Notes: generated by a model not told the origin, from the sequence alone. A stretch of 64,000 nucleotides of DNA from a bacterium (GCA_963642995.1 CAVIIZ010000003.1:58492-122491), one strand, 5' to 3'. Positions 17,565-26,565 are shown, counted from the first letter of the stretch. Numbers and translations: made by a program.

Positions 17565-18833
17565 ATGCAAAAAACGCGACCGCACGTCCCGACCCGCATG
17601 CCCCACGCGCGCCACCTGCTTGGGGGCGCGTTCGCGTATAGGGCTCGTTTGCTGGTGAAACGGGGCGCTGCGCTTGCCTGCGCCGCGGTCTTGGCCGCCA
17701 CGCTCGCTCCGTCTGTCTCCTTCGCCGACCCCGATGCCGCGGCAAACGCCGACGGCGCCGGCCAAGACGCGGTGGAGGCGGCGGCGCAAAAACTCGCCCA
17801 GCTCTCCTCGCAGGCAGAGTCGGCCGCCGTCGCGCTCGCCTCCATAGAAAGCCGCATCGAGTCGACGAAAACCGAGATAGAGAGCACGCAAAGCGAGATC
17901 GCGGCAAAACGCGAGGAGCTGCAAGGCGCGAAGGCAAACCTCGGCGCCACGGTGCAAGAGGCCTACAAGAACGGCAGCGTGTCGTATCTGTCCGTGCTGC
18001 TCGACTCCGCAAGCTTCGAGGAGTTCTCCACGCGCTTCTACATGTTCTCCAAGATAGCGGCAAAGCGCGCCGACACCATCCAGACGGTCACCACCTTGGC
18101 AGAAGACCTCGAGAACGCCGAGGGGCGGCTTTCGGCCTCCCTCGACGAGCAGCAGCAGCTGAAGGTGCAGGCCGCCTCGAAGAAGACGGCCGCAGAGGAA
18201 AGCGTCGCCCGGCAGCAGGCCATCTTCGACAGCCTGACCGAGGAGCAAAAAGAGGCGGTGAACGCGCGCAACGACGTCGTTGCCCTGGATGCGGGCGCGA
18301 CGGACGGCGCGGAGCGCAGCGTCCAAGGCGCGCAAGACGCCGACGCAGGCGGTGCGCAGGACAGCTGGGTTGCGCCCGCCCCGCAGCAGGAGACCCATGT
18401 CGCGCCGGCTCCTTCCCATGACGAGGCGGCAGATGCCGGCGGCTCGGATGCGGGGTCTGCTTCGGGGTCCGGCTCGGGGTCGGGCGGCGGCCAGGCGGCG
18501 GTGGACGTGGCCTTGGGGTATCTGGGCGTGCCCTATGTGTGGGGCGGCACCACGCCGTCCGGCTTCGATTGCTCCGGGCTCATGCAATATTGCTTCAGGC
18601 AGGTGGGCATCTCCATCAGCCGCGTCTCCTCGAGCCAGTACTACGACGGCACCCCCGTCTCGCGCTCGGACCTGCAGCCGGGCGACATGGTCTTTTTCGG
18701 CAGCGACATCCATCACGTCGGCATGTACATAGGCGACGGCCTCTACGTGCACGCCCCGCGCACGGGCGATGTGGTGAAGGTGTCGAGCCTGTCTTCGCGG
18801 GGCGACTACTTCGGCGCCTGCCGCGTCTGGTGA
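17565..18833 (+). CDS. Secreted coiled-coil NlpC/P60 peptidoglycan endopeptidase (paralog of 15967..17388)
   Basis: GGAGG 7 nt upstream of the ATG. Coiled coil (IESRIESTKTEIESTQSEIAAKREELQ). C-terminal YVWGGTTPSGFDCSGLM...HHVGMYIGDG. Confidence 0.9.
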   Translation: MQKTRPHVPTRMPHARHLLGGAFAYRARLLVKRGAALACAAVLAATLAPSVSFADPDAAANADGAGQDAVEAAAQKLAQLSSQAESAAVALASIESRIESTKTEIESTQSEIAAKREELQGAKANLGATVQEAYKNGSVSYLSVLLDSASFEEFSTRFYMFSKIAAKRADTIQTVTTLAEDLENAEGRLSASLDEQQQLKVQAASKKTAAEESVARQQAIFDSLTEEQKEAVNARNDVVALDAGATDGAERSVQGAQDADAGGAQDSWVAPAPQQETHVAPAPSHDEAADAGGSDAGSASGSGSGSGGGQAAVDVALGYLGVPYVWGGTTPSGFDCSGLMQYCFRQVGISISRVSSSQYYDGTPVSRSDLQPGDMVFFGSDIHHVGMYIGDGLYVHAPRTGDVVKVSSLSSRGDYFGACRVW

Positions 18834-19038
18834 GCGGGGCGCGCGCGACACGCTCCACACCATCTCGCCCCATCGCAAAAGGCCGCGCATGGCGCCCGCG
18901 AAACCTTTTCCTCAGTGGGTTCGGAAGGCGCCGCGATGCGCCCCGTGTGCCGCGCGGGCGCCGCCTTGCACGTCTGCGCGGGTTCATCTGCGCTAGTATA
19001 GGAGGGCTTGACGTTTTCGAGAAAGGACAAGCCCGCCC

Positions 19039-20676
19039 ATGCCGGTCACCGATTACCTGCGCCGCAACGCCGCCGCGCGTCCGGGCGATGTGGCGCTCGT
19101 GGAGATAAACCCGAAGCTGCGCGAGCGCCGCGCCGTCACGTGGCGCGACTACGACCTCATCCAGCCCACGGACACCGTGGCCTACCGCCGCGAGATCACC
19201 TGGAAGGTCTTCGACGAGAAGGCCAACCGTTTCGCCAACCTCTTGATCGAGCGCGGCGTCGGCAAGGGCGACCGCGTGGCCATATTGCTGATGAACTGCC
19301 TGGAATGGCTGCCCATCTACTTCGGCGTCCTGAAAAGCGGGGCATGCGCCGTGCCGCTGAACTTTCGCTACACCGGCGCCGAGATCGACTATTGCGTGCA
19401 CAAGGCCGAGGTGGACGTGCTCGTGTTCGGGCCTGAGTTCACGGGGCGCGTCGAGGAGGTCGCCGCCTCCATCCAGCCGCACCGCCTGCTCTTCTACGTG
19501 GGCGAGGACTGCCCGAGCTTCGCGGAGAGCTACCGCGAGCTGGCCGCGAACTGCTCGTCTGCCGACCCGCAGGTGCCCATCTCCGAAGACGACGACGCGG
19601 CCATCTACTACTCCTCGGGCACGACGGGCTTTCCCAAGGCCATCCTGCATCCGCACCGCTCGCTTTCCCAGGCCGCCGAAATGGAGCAGGCCCACCACGG
19701 GCAGACCGCAGACGACGTCTTTCTGTGCATCCCGCCCCTCTACCACACGGGCGCGAAGATGCACTGGATGGGCAGCCTCATATCCGGCTCGCGCGCCGTG
19801 CTCTTGCGCGGGGTCGACCCGCAGACCATATTGCAGACCGTCAGCTCGGAGCGCTGCACCATCGTGTGGCTGCTCGTGCCCTGGGCCCAAGACATGCTCG
19901 CAGGCCTCGAGTCGGGAAGCATCGACCTGTCGGATTACGCGCTTTCCCAATGGCGCCTCATGCACATCGGCGCCCAGCCCGTCCCGAAGAGCCTGGTCGA
20001 GCGCTGGCGGCGCTTTTTCCCGAATCACCAATACGACACGAACTACGGCCTGTCCGAGTCCACGGGGCCGGGCTGCGTGCACCTGGGCGTGGACAACATC
20101 GAGCATGCGGGTGCGATCGGCGTGCCGGGCCACCGCTGGGAGGCGAAGGTCGCCCGCGAGGACGGGACCGAGCTTGCGGACGGCGAGGTGGGCGAGCTGT
20201 GGGTGAAGGGGCCGGGCGTCATGCGCTGCTACTACAACGACCCGAAGGCCACCGCAGAGGTCCTGCGCGACGGCTGGCTGCTCACAGGCGATATGGCCTA
20301 CCGCGACGACGAGGGGTTCTTCTGGCTCGTGGACCGCAAGAAGGACGTGATCATCTCCGGCGGCGAGAACATCTACCCCGTGCAGGTGGAGAATTTCCTG
20401 GCGGCGCACCCGGCTGTCAAAGACGTCGCCGTCATAGGCATGCAAGACGCGCGCCTGGGCGAGGTGGCGGCCGCCATCGTCGAGCTGAAGCCGGGGTTTG
20501 AGGACGTGGACGAGGCGGCCATCGACGATTTCTGCCTGGGGCTGCCGCGCTACAAGCGGCCGCGCCGGGTGATATTCGCCGACGTGCCGCGCAACGCGAC
20601 GGGCAAGATAGAAAAACCGCTGCTGCGGCGCACCTACGACGCGGAGCGGCTCGTGGACAGGGAAAACCGCGCCTGA
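19039..20676 (+). CDS. AMP-dependent acyl-CoA synthetase/ligase (class I adenylate-forming)
   Basis: YSSGTTGFPKA, TGDMAYRDDEGFFWLVDRKKD and GKIEK motifs. Confidence 0.9.
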   Translation: MPVTDYLRRNAAARPGDVALVEINPKLRERRAVTWRDYDLIQPTDTVAYRREITWKVFDEKANRFANLLIERGVGKGDRVAILLMNCLEWLPIYFGVLKSGACAVPLNFRYTGAEIDYCVHKAEVDVLVFGPEFTGRVEEVAASIQPHRLLFYVGEDCPSFAESYRELAANCSSADPQVPISEDDDAAIYYSSGTTGFPKAILHPHRSLSQAAEMEQAHHGQTADDVFLCIPPLYHTGAKMHWMGSLISGSRAVLLRGVDPQTILQTVSSERCTIVWLLVPWAQDMLAGLESGSIDLSDYALSQWRLMHIGAQPVPKSLVERWRRFFPNHQYDTNYGLSESTGPGCVHLGVDNIEHAGAIGVPGHRWEAKVAREDGTELADGEVGELWVKGPGVMRCYYNDPKATAEVLRDGWLLTGDMAYRDDEGFFWLVDRKKDVIISGGENIYPVQVENFLAAHPAVKDVAVIGMQDARLGEVAAAIVELKPGFEDVDEAAIDDFCLGLPRYKRPRRVIFADVPRNATGKIEKPLLRRTYDAERLVDRENRA

Positions 20677-20719
20677 GGGAAAAGCCTCGAAACGGGCGCG
20701 AAGAGGAAGGGCGAAAACG

Positions 20720-22510
20720 GTGAACAGGGAGTTGATGTCGGGAAACGAGGCCGTGGCCTTGGGAGCATGGCAGGCGGGCGTGGCCGTGGGCGTGGGATAC
20801 CCGGGCACGCCGTCTACCGAGACGCTCGAGGCGCTCGCGCGGCGGACGGGCCCTGCCTGCGAGTGGGCGCCCAACGAGAAAGTGGCCCTCGAGGTCGGGA
20901 TAGGCGCCAGCATGGGCGGCGTGCGCGCGCTCGTCACCATGAAGCACGTGGGGGTCAACGTCGCGGCCGACCCGCTCATGTCCGTCTGCAACGCCGGCGT
21001 GGGCGCGGGTCTGGTGGTCTTGGCCGCCGACGACCCGTCGTGCTATTCCTCGCAAAACGAGCAGGACTCGCGCAACTACGCGGCATTCGCGCGGGTGCCC
21101 ATGCTCGAGCCCGCCGATTCGGCCGAGGCCCGCGAGTTCACGCTGCGCGCCTTCGACATATCCGAGACCTTCGACGTGCCCGTCATGGTGCGCGAGACCA
21201 TGCGCATCGCCCACACGAAGACGGTCGTGGACACGTCTGCCGGGCGCATCGAGGCCGCGGCGGGCGACTACGGGGACGACCCGTCGAAATGGGTGATGGT
21301 TCCCGCGCACGCGCGCGAGCGCCGCGCCCTGGCCGACAAGAGGACGGAGGCGCTCGTCGAATACGCCGAGCACAGCGACCTGAACCGCGTCGAGATGCGC
21401 GGGCGCGAGATGGGCGTCGTGTGCAGCGGCGCGGTCTACCAGCACGTGCGCGAGGCGCTGCCCGAGGCCAGCGTGCTCAAGCTCGGCCTGTCCTGGCCCC
21501 TGCCGCCGCAGAAGGTGGGGGAGTTTGCCGCTTCGGTGGAAAGGCTCTACGTCGTCGAGGAGGCCTGCGCGTTTTTCGAGCCCGCCATACGCGCGATGGG
21601 CGTCGAGGTCTCCCGCCCGCCCGCCAGGCCCTTGCCCGCCGCAGGCGAGCTGACGGCGTCTCGCATCGCGGCCTCTTTCGCAAAGCCCCCCGCGCGGCAC
21701 TACCCGAAGCTCTCCGATGTGCCCGAGCGTCCGCCCTCGCTGTGCCCGGGTTGCCCGCACCGTCTGGTGTTTGCCGCCTTGCGCGACATGAAGGCCATCG
21801 TGTGCGGCGACATCGGCTGCTACACGCTCGGCGCCACCCCGCCGCTGTCGGCCGTGCACTCCACCATCGACATGGGAGCCTCGCTTTCCATGGCGCACGG
21901 CATGGAGCTGGCCGGCGTGCCCGCCCGCGCGGGCCGTCCCGTCGTGGGGGTGATCGGCGACTCGACCTTCGCGCACTCCGGCATCACGAGCCTCCTCGGC
22001 ACCGTCTACAACGCCGGAGCGGGCACGCTGTGCATACTCGACAACCGCACGACGGCGATGACGGGCTGCCAGGGAAACCCCGTGAACGGCCTCACGCTCG
22101 AGGAGTCGGTCGAGCCGGGCGCCTCGCCGCTCGACGTGCCCGCCGACCGCCGGCTCGACCTGGCCGCGCTGTGCCGCGCGCTGGGGGTGCGCGACGTCGA
22201 GGAGGTCGACGCGCAAGACCTCGGCGCGGTGAAGGCGGCGCTGGAAAGCGCGACGCAGGCGGCCGACACGCTGTCGGTGCGCATATTCCGCTCGCCGTGC
22301 CGCCTCGTGGACAGGACGCGCAAGCCCGCCTTGCAGGTGGGGGAGGAGTGCCGTGCATGCGGCCTGTGCGTGAAGCTCGGCTGCCCTGCGATCGGCACGG
22401 ACGGGCAGGGGCATGCGAGCATCGACGCGTCGCGCTGCATCGGCTGCGGGCAATGCGCCCAGACCTGCCCCTTCGGCTGCATCGGCGAGGGAGAGGGGGA
22501 CATGCGATGA
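20720..22510 (+). CDS. iorA: Indolepyruvate:ferredoxin oxidoreductase subunit alpha
   Basis: N-terminus GNEAVALGAWQAGV..GYPGTPSTE, TPP-binding GDSTFAHSG, C-terminal 2x[4Fe-4S] (CRACGLCVKLGCP, CIGCGQCAQTCP). GTG start. Confidence 0.9.
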   Translation: MNRELMSGNEAVALGAWQAGVAVGVGYPGTPSTETLEALARRTGPACEWAPNEKVALEVGIGASMGGVRALVTMKHVGVNVAADPLMSVCNAGVGAGLVVLAADDPSCYSSQNEQDSRNYAAFARVPMLEPADSAEAREFTLRAFDISETFDVPVMVRETMRIAHTKTVVDTSAGRIEAAAGDYGDDPSKWVMVPAHARERRALADKRTEALVEYAEHSDLNRVEMRGREMGVVCSGAVYQHVREALPEASVLKLGLSWPLPPQKVGEFAASVERLYVVEEACAFFEPAIRAMGVEVSRPPARPLPAAGELTASRIAASFAKPPARHYPKLSDVPERPPSLCPGCPHRLVFAALRDMKAIVCGDIGCYTLGATPPLSAVHSTIDMGASLSMAHGMELAGVPARAGRPVVGVIGDSTFAHSGITSLLGTVYNAGAGTLCILDNRTTAMTGCQGNPVNGLTLEESVEPGASPLDVPADRRLDLAALCRALGVRDVEEVDAQDLGAVKAALESATQAADTLSVRIFRSPCRLVDRTRKPALQVGEECRACGLCVKLGCPAIGTDGQGHASIDASRCIGCGQCAQTCPFGCIGEGEGDMR

Positions 22511-23157
22511 ACATGTTGAAAAACGCGGGCGCGCAAGCCGGGCGCCCGGCTTTCGAGGCGTCCGAACAGGCAGGTGGCGCTGCGGGCGCGACGACGACCG
22601 TGCTGCTCGTGGGAGTGGGCGGACAGGGCACGGTGCTTGCGGGCGACGTGCTGGCCCGCACGGCCCTCGCCTCGGGATTCGACGTGAAGCTCTCCGAGAT
22701 ACACGGCATGTCGCAGCGCGGAGGGTCGGTCAGCACCGTGGTGCGCTTCGGCGCCGAGGTGGCCGGCATGACAGCCGAGCCCGGGTGCGCGGACCTCATC
22801 GTGTCTTTCGACAAGCTCGAGGCCTTGCGCGTCCAAGACCTCCTCGTCCGCGAAGGCGGCGTGCTGTTCACCAACGACGAGATGCAAGTCCCCCAGGCGG
22901 TTGCCTGCGGCAAGCAGCGCCTGCCGCGCGACATCGACGGGCGTTTGGAGAAACTCGGCGCCCGCCTCGTCTGCGCCACCCGCATGGCAAAGGAGGCCGG
23001 CAGCCCGAAATCGGCGAACATCGCGCTGCTCGGCGCGGCCTCGACCGTGCTGCCCTTCTCCGAGGACGCCTGGCGCGCCACCATAGAGGCCCGCGTGCCC
23101 GCAAAGACCGTCGAGGCCAACCTCGCCGCGTTTGAAAGCGGGAGGAAGAGCGTCTAG
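22507..23157 (+). CDS. iorB: Indolepyruvate:ferredoxin oxidoreductase subunit beta
   Basis: ATG overlaps the iorA stop (ATGA). VGGQGTVLAGDVLA...EIHGMSQRGGSV motif typical of IorB and OFOR gamma-like subunits. Confidence 0.88.
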   Translation: MNMLKNAGAQAGRPAFEASEQAGGAAGATTTVLLVGVGGQGTVLAGDVLARTALASGFDVKLSEIHGMSQRGGSVSTVVRFGAEVAGMTAEPGCADLIVSFDKLEALRVQDLLVREGGVLFTNDEMQVPQAVACGKQRLPRDIDGRLEKLGARLVCATRMAKEAGSPKSANIALLGAASTVLPFSEDAWRATIEARVPAKTVEANLAAFESGRKSV

Positions 23158-24396
23158 GTGCGCCGCTTTCTCCTCATCGCCTGCGTCTGCGTCCTGGCTG
23201 GCGCCGCGCTTGCCGCCGCAGGCGTCGTCCCCCGCGCGTTGTCCTCGCGGCAAAGCGCCGTCGCGGCCACGGTGAACGGCGCCGAGATCTCCGAAGACGA
23301 GGTCACGGCCTACATAGAGGGCTTTCGCTCGGAAAACGTCGACTACGAAAACGACACGGGCTGGGCGAGCTTCCTCTCCGACGCGGGCTACACCGCCGAG
23401 GGCCTGCGCCACCACGTGCTCGACACCGTGTTCATCCCCGAGGCGCTGGTGAGGCAGGAATGCGCCGCACGCGACATCGTCGTCACCGACAAGGACCTCG
23501 AATCGCTCATCGCCCAGGAGAAGAGCTACTACGAGAAGCGCTACGGCAAGGACTCGTGGGACAGCGTCTTGGCCAGCTACGGCTACGACGCGGCCTCGTG
23601 GCGCGACAACGAGGAGGACCGCCTGCTGGAGAAAAAGCTCATCCAGGCCGTGGTCGAGGTGGGCGAGCCGGGCGACGACGCGGTGCAGGTCGCGGCAAAC
23701 GAGAAGGCCAGCGCCTACAACGGCAGGCATTCGCTGTACCTGGACTTCGCGACGGCCGAAGAGGCGCAAGGCGCGAGGGAGCGCCTGGTCGCCGGCGGGG
23801 CAGAGGGCCTGTCCCGCGAGGCCTTCGCCGCCCTTTCCGCCGACCCTCAGGCGGTCAAGGACGCGGGCTGGAGCTCGCTTCCCGAGGACCGCGCGAAGAT
23901 GTCCAACGCCTACACCAAGGCCTTGCAGGGGCTTTCCGCCGGTGCGGCAAGCGAGCCGTTCGAAGACGACGGCGTGTGGCGGCTGGTCTTGTGCGACGAG
24001 GTGTTCGAGGTCGGACGCGACGAGGAGTTCGTCTCGCTGGAGCGCATCCCCTCGCCCATAGTCGATCAGCTGCGCGCCGACACTTTGCAATCCGAGCGCG
24101 AGAGCGCCTTCGAGTCGTGGCTGTCGGACGTGCGCTCGCGCGCGTCGGTCGTCGTCTCGGACATGCCGGACGGCTTGTCCTACGATGTGGACGTGCCCTT
24201 GGAGCAGACGCTTGCCGGCGTGGACGGCGCGGCCGGCGGCGACGCGGCTGTGGCCGCCCGGGGCGCGGGCGAAGCAGGCGGCAGAACAGGTGAAGCAGGC
24301 GGCGCGTCAGCCGATGCCGGCAACGGCGCGGCCGCGGCCTCGAGCGCCGGCGACGGCACGGCAGGCGCCGGCGCGGCCGGCGGGAAGGGGAGGTAG
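23158..24396 (+). CDS. Membrane-anchored SurA-N / PrsA-like chaperone with a degenerate parvulin-like region
   Basis: GTG directly after the iorB stop. N-terminal anchor, then ATVNGAEISEDEV (SurA_N-like). The central segment resembles a parvulin fold but the signature residues are weak. Ala/Gly-rich tail. Confidence 0.6.
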   Translation: MRRFLLIACVCVLAGAALAAAGVVPRALSSRQSAVAATVNGAEISEDEVTAYIEGFRSENVDYENDTGWASFLSDAGYTAEGLRHHVLDTVFIPEALVRQECAARDIVVTDKDLESLIAQEKSYYEKRYGKDSWDSVLASYGYDAASWRDNEEDRLLEKKLIQAVVEVGEPGDDAVQVAANEKASAYNGRHSLYLDFATAEEAQGARERLVAGGAEGLSREAFAALSADPQAVKDAGWSSLPEDRAKMSNAYTKALQGLSAGAASEPFEDDGVWRLVLCDEVFEVGRDEEFVSLERIPSPIVDQLRADTLQSERESAFESWLSDVRSRASVVVSDMPDGLSYDVDVPLEQTLAGVDGAAGGDAAVAARGAGEAGGRTGEAGGASADAGNGAAAASSAGDGTAGAGAAGGKGR

Positions 24397-24403
24397 GCTT
24401 CTC

Positions 24404-25351
24404 GTGCCCGCCGCAAGGTTTGCCCCCAGCCCCAGCGGGCGCATGCACCTGGGCAACATGCTGAGCGCCCTGCTGGCGTGGCTGTCGGCGCGCCACGACG
24501 GGCTGGAGTTCAAGCTGCGCCTCGAAGACCTCGACGGACGCTGCCGCAGCGATGAAGCGTCTCGTCTCATCGTCGACGACTTGCGCTGGATGGGACTGGA
24601 CTTCGATGGGAAACCGGAGTGCCAATCGGCGCATCCGGCCCTCTTCGAGGAGGCGTTCGCGCGCCTGCAGGAGACGGGCCTGCTCTATCCGTGCTATTGC
24701 TCGCGGGCCGACCTGCATGCCGCGTCGGCGCCGCACGCCGCAGACGGCACCCCCATATATCCCGGCACCTGCCGCGGGCTGGACGAGGCGGCGAGAACGC
24801 GAAAAGAAGGGGAGCTGCGCGCGCGCACGGGGCACGGGCCTGCCTGGCGCATCGAGGTGCCGGCCGAGCGCGTGGGGTTTCGCGACGGGCACCTGGGGCG
24901 CGTGAGCCAAGACCTCGCGCGCGAGGCGGGGGATTTCGTGGTGCGCCGCAGCGACGGCGTCTTCGCCTACCAGCTGGCCGTCGTGGCAGACGATGCGGCG
25001 GCGGGCGTCACGCAGGTCGTGCGCGGCGACGACCTCGTGTCCTCGACTCCGCGCCAGATCTGGCTCCAGCGCCTGCTGGGATATCCGACGCCGGCGTATT
25101 TCCACCATCCGCTGCTCGTGGACGCGCGGGGCCGGCGCCTGTCCAAGCGCGACCGCGACCTGGAGATGGGCTATGTGCGCGACCACCTGGCAGGCGGCGC
25201 GGAGGCGCTCGTGGGATGGCTGGCGCATTGGGCGGGCTTGCGCGATGCGCCCGACCCCGTCGCGGCGCGCGAGCTCGTGGCCGGTTTTTCCTGGGACGCC
25301 GTGGCACGCGAGCCGCGCGTCGTGGACGCCCGCGCGATGTTCGGCGCGTAG
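24404..25351 (+). CDS. gluQ: tRNA glutamyl-Q(34) synthetase (GluQRS)
   Basis: FAPSPSGRMHLGN (HIGH-like), YPCYCSRADL, YPGTCR, RLSKRD. GTG at 24404 downstream of GGGGAGG; the longer track ORF from 24185 overlaps the previous gene. Confidence 0.88.
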   Translation: MPAARFAPSPSGRMHLGNMLSALLAWLSARHDGLEFKLRLEDLDGRCRSDEASRLIVDDLRWMGLDFDGKPECQSAHPALFEEAFARLQETGLLYPCYCSRADLHAASAPHAADGTPIYPGTCRGLDEAARTRKEGELRARTGHGPAWRIEVPAERVGFRDGHLGRVSQDLAREAGDFVVRRSDGVFAYQLAVVADDAAAGVTQVVRGDDLVSSTPRQIWLQRLLGYPTPAYFHHPLLVDARGRRLSKRDRDLEMGYVRDHLAGGAEALVGWLAHWAGLRDAPDPVAARELVAGFSWDAVAREPRVVDARAMFGA

Positions 25352-25509
25352 CCCCCCCGCTTTTCCCTGCGTCCGCGCGAGGGCGCTTCCCATGTCCGCG
25401 GGCAAGGCAGCGCGCCGCCCTTCCCGAAAAAGGCGTGGTGCGCCGCGTGCGGGGGTTTATACTAGCGGCTGTTGTATTCGACCCGACACCATCACACAGC
25501 GGAGGTTCC

Positions 25510-26565
25510 ATGTCTTTCACGAAACGATATCTCGCGCCCCTCTTCGTCGCCGGCGCCCTCGTCGCGCTCGCGTGCGCGCTCTCGGGCTGCGGCGAGCAGG
25601 TGGCCGCCACATGGGCGCATGGGCAGATCCTCGAGTCCGACGTCACCACGCAGATCACCTCGATGCAGTCCTCGCGCTCGACCAGCTCCACCACGAGCTC
25701 CGACGACTCGAGCAGCTCCACCACGGAGTCGTGGCCGGACTACATCAAGAACCGCAGCTACGATTCGGACGCCAGCGACGAGGACAAGGCCAAAGGCGAC
25801 GGCACGGTGGCCCAGCTGCGCGAATACGCCATCAACACGCTGATGAAGACGAAGGTGGTGGATTACGAGGTCGAGCAGAAGAACTACACCATCTCCGACG
25901 ACGAGCTGAACACCTACGTCGACGAGCAGAAGACCACCTACGAGTCCTACTACGGCCAGGGCATGTCCGGCACCTTCGAGAGCATCCTGCAGATGATGGG
26001 CTACAAGAACCTCGCCGCCTTCAAAGAGGAGGCCAAGGAGACCTTGAAGGAGCGCAAGCTGCAAAAGGAGGTCACGGGCAAGGACGAAAGCGAGGACGAC
26101 TTCGACCAAGACGCGTGGGACGCGCATGTGAAGGAGCTGGTCAGCAACTCCGACCTGCACATCAACGACATGCCCTCCGACACCACCTACGACCCGTCCT
26201 CGCCCAAGTACTCCGATCCCGATTCCAGCTCCACGTCGACCACCACCACGACCACGGACTCCGACAGCTCGGCGTCCGGCACCGACGGCACGGCCACGAC
26301 CGTCACCGGCAGCGACACGCAGACCATGTCGATCGACGCCAACGGCAACGTCACCACCACGAACAACGACGGCGCCACGACCACGGACACGACAGGCCAG
26401 AACACCTCCACGTCCACGGATTCCGGCTCGGGGTCTTCGGAGAACACGGATAATTCGAGCAACACCGGCAGCTCGGACAACTCGGGCAGCTCGAACAATT
26501 CGGGCAATTCCGGGGACTCGAACAACTCGAACAACTCGAACGGCTCCAACAACACGGGCAACTAG
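25510..26565 (+). CDS. Lipoprotein with SurA-N/PrsA-like region and a long Ser/Thr/Asn/Asp-rich tail
   Basis: GGAGG plus ATG. Lipobox LSGC. Last ~120 residues are low complexity (SSTSTTTTTTDSDSS...NSGNSGDSNNSNNSNGSNNTGN). Confidence 0.8.
   Translation: MSFTKRYLAPLFVAGALVALACALSGCGEQVAATWAHGQILESDVTTQITSMQSSRSTSSTTSSDDSSSSTTESWPDYIKNRSYDSDASDEDKAKGDGTVAQLREYAINTLMKTKVVDYEVEQKNYTISDDELNTYVDEQKTTYESYYGQGMSGTFESILQMMGYKNLAAFKEEAKETLKERKLQKEVTGKDESEDDFDQDAWDAHVKELVSNSDLHINDMPSDTTYDPSSPKYSDPDSSSTSTTTTTTDSDSSASGTDGTATTVTGSDTQTMSIDANGNVTTTNNDGATTTDTTGQNTSTSTDSGSGSSENTDNSSNTGSSDNSGSSNNSGNSGDSNNSNNSNGSNNTGN

Noticed and set aside
24185-24403. 5' extension of gluQ, and the alternative ORF 23460..24293 overlapping the PrsA-like gene.
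   Set aside because: The extension translates to Arg/Pro/Ala-rich sequence that overlaps the well-supported upstream CDS. The conserved GluQRS sequence begins right after GTG 24404, which has a GGAGG-type RBS.
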